A stretch of DNA of 64,000 nucleotides. Source: Krischvirus LF73P4. The position numbers were made by a program, and so were the translations under genes. Under the pieces are notes generated by a model that saw nothing but the letters and a program-made list of their open reading frames with translations, searched no databases and was not told the origin of the DNA. Below, one piece after another: positions 52,807 through 61,661 of this stretch (its first letter is position 1; each line of letters opens with the position of its first letter). Location: sequence record OZ035795.1. One strand, 5' to 3'.

Positions 52807-53092
52807 TATAAAACACTCACCGACCGGAAAGGGGTCGGTGATCTTCAATGACGATAAACCGTTAATCTTGATTCGTAATGGTGACTGGACATTGCATGAT
52901 ACCCGTGTTACTATCCATTCACCGCCTAAAGAGATTCAACGGGAATTGGTTAGGATCGCCCTAACCGATAAGCATAAAGAGGCGGTAGGCTATTCTCTTC
53001 TGAAATTAGGTGTTGACTTTCCTTTCGAGTATACGCTAACATTCAGAGAGCAGTCAGTGAAGCTAACAGAGATTCTATTCTCTGAGATATGA
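52796..53092 (+). CDS. hypothetical protein (98 aa)
   Basis: ORF track; no clear SD. Confidence 0.4.
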   Translation: MMISIKHSPTGKGSVIFNDDKPLILIRNGDWTLHDTRVTIHSPPKEIQRELVRIALTDKHKEAVGYSLLKLGVDFPFEYTLTFREQSVKLTEILFSEI

Positions 53093-53102
53093 GGATTATA
53101 TA

Positions 53103-53534
53103 ATGGTTTATCCAACTCCTAGTAAGATTTACATTGACGATACTCATTTTCTTGTTGAAATTATGGGTATAAAGTTTAGTGGTAATGTTAAAATTGTAGA
53201 ATGGGAATTGCACGGTCAACCTGTAACCGATTATGACAATTATATCCCTTTCGGTGGCGATGATAACTTTGTTTCATTCGACCATGAAGGTTACATGAAC
53301 TTTGAGCAAGACGATGTACCTTTGTATCTGGCAATGATGGATATTCCTACCAAAACAGAATATACAGAGGGTGATTGCGATTGTTGCGGATACTACAGCG
53401 TAACAGATATTAAGCTGCCATCCGGTAAAGAACTTTACAAAGAGGATCATTTCGGAAACTGCAATTTTCCGTGTGATTGGCAAGAATTTTTTGAACTGGT
53501 AGAGATTGAGCGAACTTATTTGAGGAAGGGATAA
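53103..53534 (+). CDS. hypothetical Cys-containing protein (143 aa)
   Basis: SD2 context; CDCCGY and CNFPC cysteine clusters. Confidence 0.5.
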   Translation: MVYPTPSKIYIDDTHFLVEIMGIKFSGNVKIVEWELHGQPVTDYDNYIPFGGDDNFVSFDHEGYMNFEQDDVPLYLAMMDIPTKTEYTEGDCDCCGYYSVTDIKLPSGKELYKEDHFGNCNFPCDWQEFFELVEIERTYLRKG

Positions 53535-54346
53535 TGAAGAAAGCATTAGGTTTAATTCCCTATACGGGCAATAAGGAAAAGTTATTGCCTGGTGTTAGTA
53601 AGTATTTCCCTAAGCACTATAACCGCTTTGTCGATGCCTTTTGTGGCGGTTTGAGCGTGTCTCTGTACGTCGAAGGGGATGTTCTGGCTAATGACTATGA
53701 TCACCGCTTAATTGATGCTTACAAAGCGATTGACGAGTGTCCTGATCCGGTTTTTATGATCAAGCGGATTATTGCCGAAAATGGTTTGTCTCGTGATGAT
53801 AAAGATGCTTACATGGCATTCCGTAAGAAGTATAATGAGAATCCAGATCCGCTATCTCTGTTTGTTCTGATTCAGCACAGTTTTAGCAACATTAACCGCC
53901 ATAACCGGAAGGGCGAATTTAATGCTAATTTTGGTCGCCGGACTTTTAACGAAAACGCGGTAGAGCGTGTCCTGAATTTTAAGGAAGAAAACAAAGACGG
54001 TCGAATCAATTTTACGTCTGGTCGTTATGACGAGATCGAGATCTTGCCCGGTGATTTCGTTTATTTGGACCCGCCGTACCTTATCACTTCTGCGGAATAT
54101 AATAAGTTCTGGAGTGACGAGGAAGAGATTAAATTCTATCAGTGGGTGGAATCTATTATGGCGCGTGGTTTTCAGTTTGGTATCAGTAATGTCACGCATC
54201 ATAAGGGAAAGGTAAATGATCATCTTCTTGACTTTATCAAGCGGAATGATCTAAACTGCGTCCTGTTGAATAAGACCTATTGCCTAGATCGTTCAGGTGG
54301 CAAGTCTTCTGATACGCAAGAAGTTTATGTAACTAACGTAGATTGA
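53534..54346 (+). CDS. dam: DNA adenine (N6) methyltransferase, T4 Dam-like
   Basis: FVDAFCGGLSVSL, DPPY motif (FVYLDPPYLITSAEYNKFWS) closely match T4 Dam. Confidence 0.9.
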   Translation: MKKALGLIPYTGNKEKLLPGVSKYFPKHYNRFVDAFCGGLSVSLYVEGDVLANDYDHRLIDAYKAIDECPDPVFMIKRIIAENGLSRDDKDAYMAFRKKYNENPDPLSLFVLIQHSFSNINRHNRKGEFNANFGRRTFNENAVERVLNFKEENKDGRINFTSGRYDEIEILPGDFVYLDPPYLITSAEYNKFWSDEEEIKFYQWVESIMARGFQFGISNVTHHKGKVNDHLLDFIKRNDLNCVLLNKTYCLDRSGGKSSDTQEVYVTNVD

Positions 54347-54354
54347 GGTATAAT

Positions 54355-54636
54355 ATGGTAGAAATTTTTGGTTTTGAAGGTTACAACTGTAAGTATTGCC
54401 AGAATGCAAAGCGCCTTTGTGAATCGCGTAAGATCCCTTACATCTACATTCCGGTTAATGATGGTGTAGACGAAAACGGTCGTCCGGTAAAGATTGATTC
54501 TATCATTGCCGACATTCAGGATCGCGCAGGGGTAGAAGTTATTGCCACCATGCCGCAGATTTTCTATAATGGTGATTATATAGGTGGTTTTGATGAGTTC
54601 AGATCCTTTGTAGTCAAAAACAAGATTAATGGTTAA
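54355..54636 (+). CDS. nrdC: glutaredoxin/thioredoxin (T4 NrdC-like)
   Basis: CKYCQNAKRL redox motif and TMPQIFYNGDYIGGFDEF; start adjusted to ATG 54355. Confidence 0.8.
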   Translation: MVEIFGFEGYNCKYCQNAKRLCESRKIPYIYIPVNDGVDENGRPVKIDSIIADIQDRAGVEVIATMPQIFYNGDYIGGFDEFRSFVVKNKING

Positions 54637-54660
54637 ATACCTTCTTTGGAGGGTGAATTT

Positions 54661-55134
54661 ATGTTACTGACTGCTAAGAGTGCTAAAGAGTACAAACAAG
54701 AACTATTCGAAAAACAGGGGGGCATTTGCCCCCTTTGTCAATTGCCCCTTTTTGAGGATATGAGCAAAAACCATCTTGACCACGACCACGATCTAGATGG
54801 GAAAGGTCAAGGCCGTGTAAGGGGATTGCTTCATTCGTGTTGCAACCGCCTAGAAGGATCGTTGACCGGAGACTTTAAGCGGTTTGGAGTTGGTGCTTTA
54901 GGTGCTGATTTCGTTGTTTGGGCTACAAACTATGTTAATTACATCAAAGGAGACTACACCAACAATCATTTACATCCTCAATATGCTGTTGATAAAGTAA
55001 AACGATTTTCACGCTTGACACGCGCGGAGATGGTTGCTATTATGGACGCAGAAGGTTTCGATTACTGCGACGCTGATACACGAGAAGAAATCACGAAGAA
55101 GTATAAGAAACAATTTATACAAAGATTAAGATAG
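54661..55134 (+). CDS. 49: endonuclease VII (T4 gp49-like Holliday junction resolvase)
   Basis: CPLCQ ... NHLDHDHDLDGKGQGRVRGLLHSCCN and C-terminal region match T4 endo VII; start adjusted to ATG 54661. Confidence 0.9.
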   Translation: MLLTAKSAKEYKQELFEKQGGICPLCQLPLFEDMSKNHLDHDHDLDGKGQGRVRGLLHSCCNRLEGSLTGDFKRFGVGALGADFVVWATNYVNYIKGDYTNNHLHPQYAVDKVKRFSRLTRAEMVAIMDAEGFDYCDADTREEITKKYKKQFIQRLR

Positions 55135-55137
55135 TGG

Positions 55138-55166
55138 TTGACAATAAGAAATGGGAGTAGTAAAAT
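55138..55166 (+). promoter_or_regulatory. sigma70-type early promoter (PeSL-like)
   Basis: TTGACA (55138-55143), 17-nt spacer, TAAAAT (55161-55166). Confidence 0.65.
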
Positions 55167-55197
55167 ACTCCCATCTAATCAAGAAGGAGAATCAACA

Positions 55198-55470
55198 ATG
55201 CGTAAGATGTTTAAAGCTGGTGTGGCCTATGTTTTTAAATCTGAGCAAGCACGTAAAGACTTCTTAGAGGACGACTACGAAGGTCTGAAAGATACCTACG
55301 AAGCAATCAAGAATGGATTTACTGTTCTTAAAGTGTCACCTATTGGTTATGTAAGTGAAATCTCGGTTGATGGGAAAACCTACACCGCTAAAGACTTTGA
55401 TCCGCGTTGGGAATTTATGCTGCTTCCATGTGACCGCATTCTGTTTCGTGCTGTTCAATTAGTGAAATGA
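55198..55470 (+). CDS. hypothetical protein, GFxVL/KDF family member (start adjusted)
   Basis: SD1-like AAGGAGAATCAACA-ATG; shares NGFTVLKV segment with following genes. Confidence 0.5.
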   Translation: MRKMFKAGVAYVFKSEQARKDFLEDDYEGLKDTYEAIKNGFTVLKVSPIGYVSEISVDGKTYTAKDFDPRWEFMLLPCDRILFRAVQLVK

Positions 55471-55484
55471 TAGAGGATTATATT

Positions 55485-56051
55485 ATGGTACAGAAAACGT
55501 ATAAATTGTATCCGGCTAAGTCTTCAAATGATGCTGTTTTTGAACGAGGTCGTTATTACACTTTCCGTAATGCTGAGTCCGCAGTGGAATTTGTTAAACG
55601 CTATCCACAACATAACAAATTCCTGCATGATGTGCTTCGCAATGGCTTTAAAGTTCTGACGGTTAATGTTATGGGTAAAGTGTATTTGGTAGAAACTCAT
55701 GATTATGAGGGCGCGTCAATAATGATTGATGCAAGCGAGCGAAAATACTTTAAACGCATCACTAAAAAGCAGTTTGAAGAAATGAAACCAGTTAAGAAAG
55801 AAGAATCTCTGGAAGACCTGATTAACTTGTTTGCGAAGTCTTCTTTGGTGTCATTGACGCTGGAAGATTTTAGCTTTGATAATCAGCTATACTTTAAAAA
55901 TGCAGATGACTTGAAAGATTTTCTGATTGAGAATAAACCTAAGCTAGAAACCTATATCAAAGGTGAGCTTAAGCGCATGGAACATCAAGCAAAATATAGC
56001 GCCGATAAAGTAGCTGAACTGAAAGAGATCCAAAAGTCATTTAACGCTTGA
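55485..56051 (+). CDS. hypothetical protein, GFKVL/ERKYFKRI family member
   Basis: exact SD2 context; RNGFKVLTV and ERKYFKRITK segments. Confidence 0.5.
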   Translation: MVQKTYKLYPAKSSNDAVFERGRYYTFRNAESAVEFVKRYPQHNKFLHDVLRNGFKVLTVNVMGKVYLVETHDYEGASIMIDASERKYFKRITKKQFEEMKPVKKEESLEDLINLFAKSSLVSLTLEDFSFDNQLYFKNADDLKDFLIENKPKLETYIKGELKRMEHQAKYSADKVAELKEIQKSFNA

Positions 56052-56076
56052 CATGATGAAACGGGAGTAGTAAGAT
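56048..56076 (+). promoter_or_regulatory. sigma70-type early promoter (PeSL-like)
   Basis: TTGACA (56048-56053) overlapping upstream stop, 17-nt spacer, TAAGAT (56071-56076). Confidence 0.65.
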
Positions 56077-56107
56077 ACTCCCATCTAAACAACGAGAGGA
56101 TTATATT

Positions 56108-57286
56108 ATGGCTAAATTCTTTGAAGGTCATTACTATGCATTCCGTGAAGGCGGTAAAGATGAGTTTCTAGACTTTTCTCGCTATTCAATTATTCTGACC
56201 GATGCTTCGCGCCGTGGTCATATTCGGGTTGCTGAAATCGTAGAAAAGGGCTTTAAAGTATTAGAAAAAGATGACCACGGTCATGTTATTACTATTGAAG
56301 CTGGAGATGTAGTTTATTCCGCTAATGATATTGTTGATTATTGGGCTACTATGATTATGAACAATGAGCGCAAATACTTTAAACGTATCTCAAAAGAGGC
56401 ATACGAAGCGATGAACAAGAAAGAGGATGCAATGCCGACTTACTTTGAAAAAGGTAAATGTTATTCGTTTACCCCAGAAGGTTTGCAAGAATTTAAGCGA
56501 TTCTGGGGAGAGCATGACCCAGAGCACAAAGAAGCTATGAAACTTGTTGATTTTGTCGAATATGGCTTTTTAGTTGAAGAAGAATTGCACGGATCAGCTA
56601 CCATGATCACCGCGAAAGGTGAAACTGTTAAGGCAGATCGTTTTTGTGACCAATGGAATTGCTTGTTTGACGGTAGCGAATTTGAATACTTCGCGGAAAT
56701 CACGCGAGTTGAATATGTCCGTATGCAGGAGCGTGGTCAGAGATTTAAAGTAGGCGAACGCTACAAACCAAATCCACATAATTTGCCTCATTGGTTTAAC
56801 ACTGAAACCGTATCCAGTCATGTTATTGAAATTGTTCAAAAGCTGGAACATGGATTTAAGGTAACTAAAGTAGATTCTTTCGGAAGTGTTGACGCGGTTG
56901 AAATTGATGGTGTAGAATATACACCGAAATCTTTCGGGCTTTGCTGGTATCACTTGATCAGCAATGATGAACGTTATAACTTTGTTGAACTGCCATCTGA
57001 ACCGGAAGAAGCACTAGAAGATCATGATCATCTGTCTGAACTGGTTAAGCTGTTTGGTGATCTGCCGGATGGTGTGGGTGTTGCGGTAATGGGTGAAGGT
57101 ACTGTTATTCGCAACCTGAAAGACCTTAAAAAGTTCTTGATCGACATGCTTCCTAAACTCGATGAGAATCTAGATACAGATATTCAGAATCGCAAAGAAA
57201 TTGTTAAAGAGACTGAAAAAGAGATCGAAGAGATTCGAGCAATTCGCCAGAAGGTGAAAGCAGTAAAGAAAAAAGTTAGTGTTTGA
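56108..57286 (+). CDS. hypothetical protein with internal repeats, GFKVL/ERKYFKRI family (392 aa)
   Basis: repeated GFKVL/GFLVE/GFKVT units and NERKYFKRISK; C-terminus similar to 55485..56051. Confidence 0.5.
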   Translation: MAKFFEGHYYAFREGGKDEFLDFSRYSIILTDASRRGHIRVAEIVEKGFKVLEKDDHGHVITIEAGDVVYSANDIVDYWATMIMNNERKYFKRISKEAYEAMNKKEDAMPTYFEKGKCYSFTPEGLQEFKRFWGEHDPEHKEAMKLVDFVEYGFLVEEELHGSATMITAKGETVKADRFCDQWNCLFDGSEFEYFAEITRVEYVRMQERGQRFKVGERYKPNPHNLPHWFNTETVSSHVIEIVQKLEHGFKVTKVDSFGSVDAVEIDGVEYTPKSFGLCWYHLISNDERYNFVELPSEPEEALEDHDHLSELVKLFGDLPDGVGVAVMGEGTVIRNLKDLKKFLIDMLPKLDENLDTDIQNRKEIVKETEKEIEEIRAIRQKVKAVKKKVSV

Positions 57287-57310
57287 CATGCGAAGGGAGT
57301 ATGCTATAAT
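57283..57310 (+). promoter_or_regulatory. sigma70-type early promoter (PeSL-like)
   Basis: TTGACA (57283-57288), 16-nt spacer, TATAAT (57305-57310). Confidence 0.65.
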
Positions 57311-57340
57311 ACTCCCACTTAACAACGAGAGGATTATATT

Positions 57341-57835
57341 ATGTGGGTACAAGATGTTTGGTATACTGTAACTAAAGAAAACCTTGACGCATTCAGCGAC
57401 CAATCTTGCGCTAATAGCTCAATTGCTGGTATACTTACTGATGTGTTTGGTGGTGTTGATAAAATTCGTTTTAAAGTTGTTGTTAGTTCGATGGGGCATG
57501 TGCAAGATCTTTACACCGAAGATAAAGACCTTGATCTTGAACTTCGTCTTCGTATTGAGAATGCAAGTCTAGGTTATTGGTTTGAAGATAACGAGTATGA
57601 ATACTTCACACCAGCAATTAAAGTTTTTGCAACTAAACTGGAAGCTGTACTAAATCTCCGACCAATTAATGTTGACGGTTACATTATCAAAAATATTCAG
57701 GAGTGGGATTCATATCTAGATCAGATTATCCGAAATAGTAAGCAGGAAGCCGCTAATAAGAAGCGACAAGAGATCAAACAACTGAAAGCTGAACTGGAAG
57801 CGGCGGAAAAAGAATTAGCAGAACTGGTAAAATAA
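57341..57835 (+). CDS. hypothetical protein (164 aa) with C-terminal coiled coil
   Basis: exact SD2 context. Confidence 0.5.
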   Translation: MWVQDVWYTVTKENLDAFSDQSCANSSIAGILTDVFGGVDKIRFKVVVSSMGHVQDLYTEDKDLDLELRLRIENASLGYWFEDNEYEYFTPAIKVFATKLEAVLNLRPINVDGYIIKNIQEWDSYLDQIIRNSKQEAANKKRQEIKQLKAELEAAEKELAELVK

Positions 57836-57844
57836 CTATCAACG

Positions 57845-57867
57845 AGCGGGAGAAATCCCGCTTTTTC
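57845..57867 (+). terminator. rho-independent terminator (AGCGGGA-GAAA-TCCCGCT)
   Basis: hairpin followed by TTTTTC. Confidence 0.6.
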
Positions 57868-57879
57868 ATAGGTGATACA

Positions 57880-59742
57880 ATGGAAAAACTAATCAAAGAC
57901 ATTACAGAGATCGCAACGGGTAAAGAAAACGAAGTAAGCAAAGAGAACGCGAACAAAGACGCGCGAACATTCCCGACACGTCGAGATCTGATTGCTGGTG
58001 CTGTGTCTAAACAGATTGCTAAAACCGTGTTACCTGAGCACATCTATAAAGCGCATGTAGACGGTGACATTCATTATCATGATATGGATTATGCACCCGC
58101 TATGCCGTTTACTAACTGCTGTCTTGTTAATCTCAAAGACATGTTAGAGAATGGTTTTAAATTGGGTAGCGCACAAATCGAAAGTCCGAAATCAATCGGC
58201 GTTGCTTGTGCTGTAACCGCTCAAATTATCGCACAGGTGGCAAGTCATCAATATGGCGGGACCACAATTGCAAACATCGATCAGGTTTTAGCGCCATACG
58301 TTGAGAAAACATATCATAAACACCTTGCTGATGCCGAAACCTACGGAATCAAAGCGGATACTCTCTATGCACAAGAGAAGACAGAAAAAGAAACGCTAGA
58401 CGGGTATCAAGCGTTGGAATATGAAATCAACACTTTGTTCTCCACCAACGGTCAAACACCTTTTGTGACTTTAACATTTGGTATGGGTACTAGCTGGGAA
58501 GAAAAACTGATTCAGAAAGCGATCCTGAACGTTCGAACTAAAGGTTTAGGTAAAGATGGTATCACTCCGGTGTTTCCTAAGCTGGTGATGTTCTTAGAAG
58601 AAGGATTAAACCTTAAACCGGAAGATCCGAACTACGACATTAAGCAACTTGCATTGGAATGTTCTAGTAAGCGTCTTTACCCTGATTATATCTCTGCGAA
58701 GAATAACCGTAGTATCACCGGATCTAGTGTTCCGGTTAGCCCGATGGGTTGTCGTAGCTTCCTGGGTGTGTGGCATAATGAGAAAGGCGAAGAAGTATTA
58801 GACGGACGTAATAACTTAGGTGTTGTGACTCTGAATCTTCCGCGTATTGCCCTTATTGCCGCTCGTCGTGCTGGTAAAGCGTCTGTAATGCGCAGAATTG
58901 AGCTATTCGAACAAGAGCTAGCTAATCGTATGCCTATTTGCTTTGATGCGCTCATGAGTCGCGTAGACGCTTTAAAAGGGGCTAAAGCCAATGTTGCTCC
59001 GGTGCTGTATACAGAAGGTGCATTTTTCCGTATTCATCAAAACGATGAAATTTTGGAAGTGCTGAAAGATGGTCGCGCTAGTATCTCTCTTGGATATATT
59101 GGTTTACATGAGGTATTGAGCGTCCTGTTTGGTGTTCATCCGTTTGATTCGGAAGATGCGCAGCGATACGGTAAACATATTCTTAAGATCTTGCGTCATT
59201 ATACTGAAAAATGGAAGGACGAAACCGGACTTGGGTTTAGTCTTTACGGTACTCCAGCCGAGAGCCTTTGCTATCGATTTAATCGACTGGACCGAGAGCA
59301 ATTTGGTATTGTTAAGGGTGCTACCGATAAAGACTGGTACACCAACTCATTCCACCTTGACGTAGACCGGAAAGTCACACCGTTTGAGAAAATCGACTTT
59401 GAGAAAGATTATCACTGGCTGGCGTCCGGTGGCATGATCTCTTATGTTGAGTTCCCAGACATGAAAAACAACCTGAAAGGTCTTGAAACTGTAGTAGACT
59501 ATGCAATGGATAAATTGCACTACTTCGGTGTTAATACTCCTTCTGATGTATGTCATGTATGCGGATCTAATAAGGAAATGAGAGCGACCGAGTCTGGTTT
59601 TGTTTGCCCTGATTGCGGCAATGACAATCTGGAAAAGATGAATGTTATCCGTCGCGTTAGTGGATATCTTGGATCTGTTGATCTGCGTCCATTTAACCAC
59701 GGGAAACACTCCGAGATGGTAAACCGCGTTAAGCACATGTAA
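57880..59742 (+). CDS. nrdD: anaerobic ribonucleoside-triphosphate reductase (class III)
   Basis: C-terminal CPDCG zinc ribbon and RRVSGYLG glycyl-radical motif; 620 aa. Confidence 0.95.
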   Translation: MEKLIKDITEIATGKENEVSKENANKDARTFPTRRDLIAGAVSKQIAKTVLPEHIYKAHVDGDIHYHDMDYAPAMPFTNCCLVNLKDMLENGFKLGSAQIESPKSIGVACAVTAQIIAQVASHQYGGTTIANIDQVLAPYVEKTYHKHLADAETYGIKADTLYAQEKTEKETLDGYQALEYEINTLFSTNGQTPFVTLTFGMGTSWEEKLIQKAILNVRTKGLGKDGITPVFPKLVMFLEEGLNLKPEDPNYDIKQLALECSSKRLYPDYISAKNNRSITGSSVPVSPMGCRSFLGVWHNEKGEEVLDGRNNLGVVTLNLPRIALIAARRAGKASVMRRIELFEQELANRMPICFDALMSRVDALKGAKANVAPVLYTEGAFFRIHQNDEILEVLKDGRASISLGYIGLHEVLSVLFGVHPFDSEDAQRYGKHILKILRHYTEKWKDETGLGFSLYGTPAESLCYRFNRLDREQFGIVKGATDKDWYTNSFHLDVDRKVTPFEKIDFEKDYHWLASGGMISYVEFPDMKNNLKGLETVVDYAMDKLHYFGVNTPSDVCHVCGSNKEMRATESGFVCPDCGNDNLEKMNVIRRVSGYLGSVDLRPFNHGKHSEMVNRVKHM

Positions 59743-59747
59743 TTTTC

Positions 59748-59775
59748 AGCCGATCCGAAAGGGTCGGCTTTTTCG
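59748..59775 (+). terminator. rho-independent terminator
   Basis: GCCGATCC-GAAA-GGGTCGGC hairpin followed by TTTTTCGTTTT. Confidence 0.7.
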
Positions 59776-59785
59776 TTTTGGGGTG

Positions 59786-59813
59786 TTGACAACCTGATTA
59801 GCTAATGTATAAT
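59786..59813 (+). promoter_or_regulatory. sigma70-type early promoter
   Basis: TTGACA (59786-59791), 16-nt spacer, TATAAT (59808-59813). Confidence 0.65.
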
Positions 59814-59842
59814 GCTCACATCGAAAACAACGAGAGGACAAC

Positions 59843-60385
59843 ATGATGATGATGTTTTGTGTACTGAGCAAAGAAGTTAAACTTCGTAAACTGGAAATTG
59901 GCGATGGTGTTGTTGTTAAAATGCACGCTAGCACATTGGCTAGTTTTAATTTAAAGGAAAGTTTTTTTATTAGAGGAACGGTGGTTAATATCTGCTGGAG
60001 TCAAGGCGAAGGAATCCGTAGCTTTTGCGTAATTGACGATGATAATAACCTGTATGTGATTCGCTATCATAATAATTCTGTATTGGTCTATACCGACAAT
60101 TCACGAGAATTATATACTCTTGAATTTGTTAAGCGTACTGATTGCGACCGATTTGTTCGTGCTTATGAAGAAGATGGCTGTTTTGCGACTGAAACAGAAA
60201 CAAATGAATATGTTCCTATGGAAGTAGGGGCAGAAATTAAACACAAGATCACGGATCGTATTTTTAAGGTTGTGGCGGTTGCTCATACTCAATTTGTAGC
60301 GCAAGCGCCGGATGAAGAATTTATTATCTACAATATTGGTAATGCAAGTTCTCATTTTCATAATGTACTATATCGCGACCTTTGA
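59843..60385 (+). CDS. hypothetical protein (180 aa)
   Basis: SD CGAGAGGACAAC-ATG. Confidence 0.5.
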   Translation: MMMMFCVLSKEVKLRKLEIGDGVVVKMHASTLASFNLKESFFIRGTVVNICWSQGEGIRSFCVIDDDNNLYVIRYHNNSVLVYTDNSRELYTLEFVKRTDCDRFVRAYEEDGCFATETETNEYVPMEVGAEIKHKITDRIFKVVAVAHTQFVAQAPDEEFIIYNIGNASSHFHNVLYRDL

Positions 60386-60402
60386 TAATGTGTGAGGTGA
60401 AT

Positions 60403-60930
60403 ATGAAATCATTAAACCGTAAGCGTAAAGCACAACGACACAAAGAACGAGCTAAAAAGATTGCTATTGAACTGGTTGAGCGTGAGGATAGCTATTTGTC
60501 TACGGGTCGTTTGTATACATTCCATGCATTGATTGATGGTAAGCTAGTGTTGCATAATCATGATTGTTTGGCACTGTTTCACGAGATCGAACCAATCCAT
60601 CGTGAATGGGATGACAACAAAGCAAAAGGACAATATTTCCTTACTTGTTCGTGTGGTCATGCTGGATGTGCTGGATATTGGGAACCTGTTACTATCCGTG
60701 AGAAAAATGATACCATTCAATGGGTCGCCCGTACCCGCGATGGTTATGATAAAGGTGCTGATGGTACTGGCGATAACGTAGTTTACTTTAATCGTGATTG
60801 GTATTATATGGCGCGATGTATGATCCTGTTTTATCTTGACTCGATGCCGTATGAATATTTCAGTTTCCAGAATGGGACCGAACTGACAGGGAAGGAATGG
60901 TCTGACTACATTCGAAAAAATTTAAAATAA
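60403..60930 (+). CDS. hypothetical protein (start adjusted to ATG 60403)
   Basis: SD2-like GTGAGGTGAAT-ATG; ORF track 60382..60930. Confidence 0.5.
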   Translation: MKSLNRKRKAQRHKERAKKIAIELVEREDSYLSTGRLYTFHALIDGKLVLHNHDCLALFHEIEPIHREWDDNKAKGQYFLTCSCGHAGCAGYWEPVTIREKNDTIQWVARTRDGYDKGADGTGDNVVYFNRDWYYMARCMILFYLDSMPYEYFSFQNGTELTGKEWSDYIRKNLK

Positions 60931-60934
60931 ATGC

Positions 60935-60963
60935 TTGACGGGGATCGCGAGATCCCCTATACT
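60935..60963 (+). promoter_or_regulatory. sigma70-type early promoter (PeSL-like)
   Basis: TTGACG (60935-60940), palindromic spacer GGGATCGCGAGATCCCC, TATACT (60958-60963). Confidence 0.7.
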
Positions 60964-61005
60964 ATATTCATCAAGACGAGATACAACTTTACAGGAGAAT
61001 CAAAT

Positions 61006-61158
61006 ATGTGGACTTTACTGATTTGGGAAACTGAAAACGCACAAGTAGAAATCCGTGAATACGAATACCTAAGCCCAGCTTATCTATTGGCATCTCGCGG
61101 TGGTTACTATAAAGCGCAGATTGTAAACGAGTTCGGGGTAATTGAATATGAGTTCTGA
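61006..61158 (+). CDS. hypothetical protein (50 aa; start adjusted)
   Basis: SD1 context before ATG 61006; ORF track 60931..61158. Confidence 0.45.
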   Translation: MWTLLIWETENAQVEIREYEYLSPAYLLASRGGYYKAQIVNEFGVIEYEF

Positions 61159-61651
61159 TACATACGGAAAACTACGCTATGCCGATATTAAAGATTGTGA
61201 TATGGTTAACGGTGAGGGAGTGAGAGTCTCCCTTTACGTTACCGGATGTTCACACGCATGTGATGGTTGCTTTAATGCTAGCCTACTCAATCCTAAGAAC
61301 GGGGAACCATTCACCGATGATACAATGGGATTGATTCTGGATCTGCTTAGACCTGATTTTATTCAGGGGCTAACATTCTTAGGTGGCGATCCACTGTATA
61401 AACGCAATTTAAAGGGTGTACAGCGGATCATCGATGAAGTAAAATCATGGATGCCAAATAAAGATATTTGGCTATGGTCCGGTTATACCCTTGACCAATT
61501 GAATGATGAGCAAAGAAAAATCGTAGAATCAGTTGACATGTTCATCGATGGGCGTTATATTAAAGATATGCCAACGAAGAAGCCGTGGCGGGGGTCTGAC
61601 AATCAAGTACAATACAAGATTGTTAATAGTATTCCAGTAAAAATTATTTGA
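61142..61651 (+). CDS. nrdG: anaerobic ribonucleotide reductase activating protein (radical SAM)
   Basis: CSHACDGC (Cx3Cx2C) radical-SAM motif; overall match to T4 NrdG as recalled. Confidence 0.9.
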   Translation: MNMSSDTYGKLRYADIKDCDMVNGEGVRVSLYVTGCSHACDGCFNASLLNPKNGEPFTDDTMGLILDLLRPDFIQGLTFLGGDPLYKRNLKGVQRIIDEVKSWMPNKDIWLWSGYTLDQLNDEQRKIVESVDMFIDGRYIKDMPTKKPWRGSDNQVQYKIVNSIPVKII

Positions 61652-61661
61652 GGTGATTGCT

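Noticed and set aside
583-60963. Possible CRISPR array suggested by many repeated about 30-bp GC-rich palindromic elements
   Set aside because: The repeats are irregularly spaced (100-1500 bp apart), each is embedded in a TTGACA/TATAAT promoter context and followed by an SD and ATG, and the intervening segments are protein-coding. This is a promoter cassette family, not repeat-spacer architecture.
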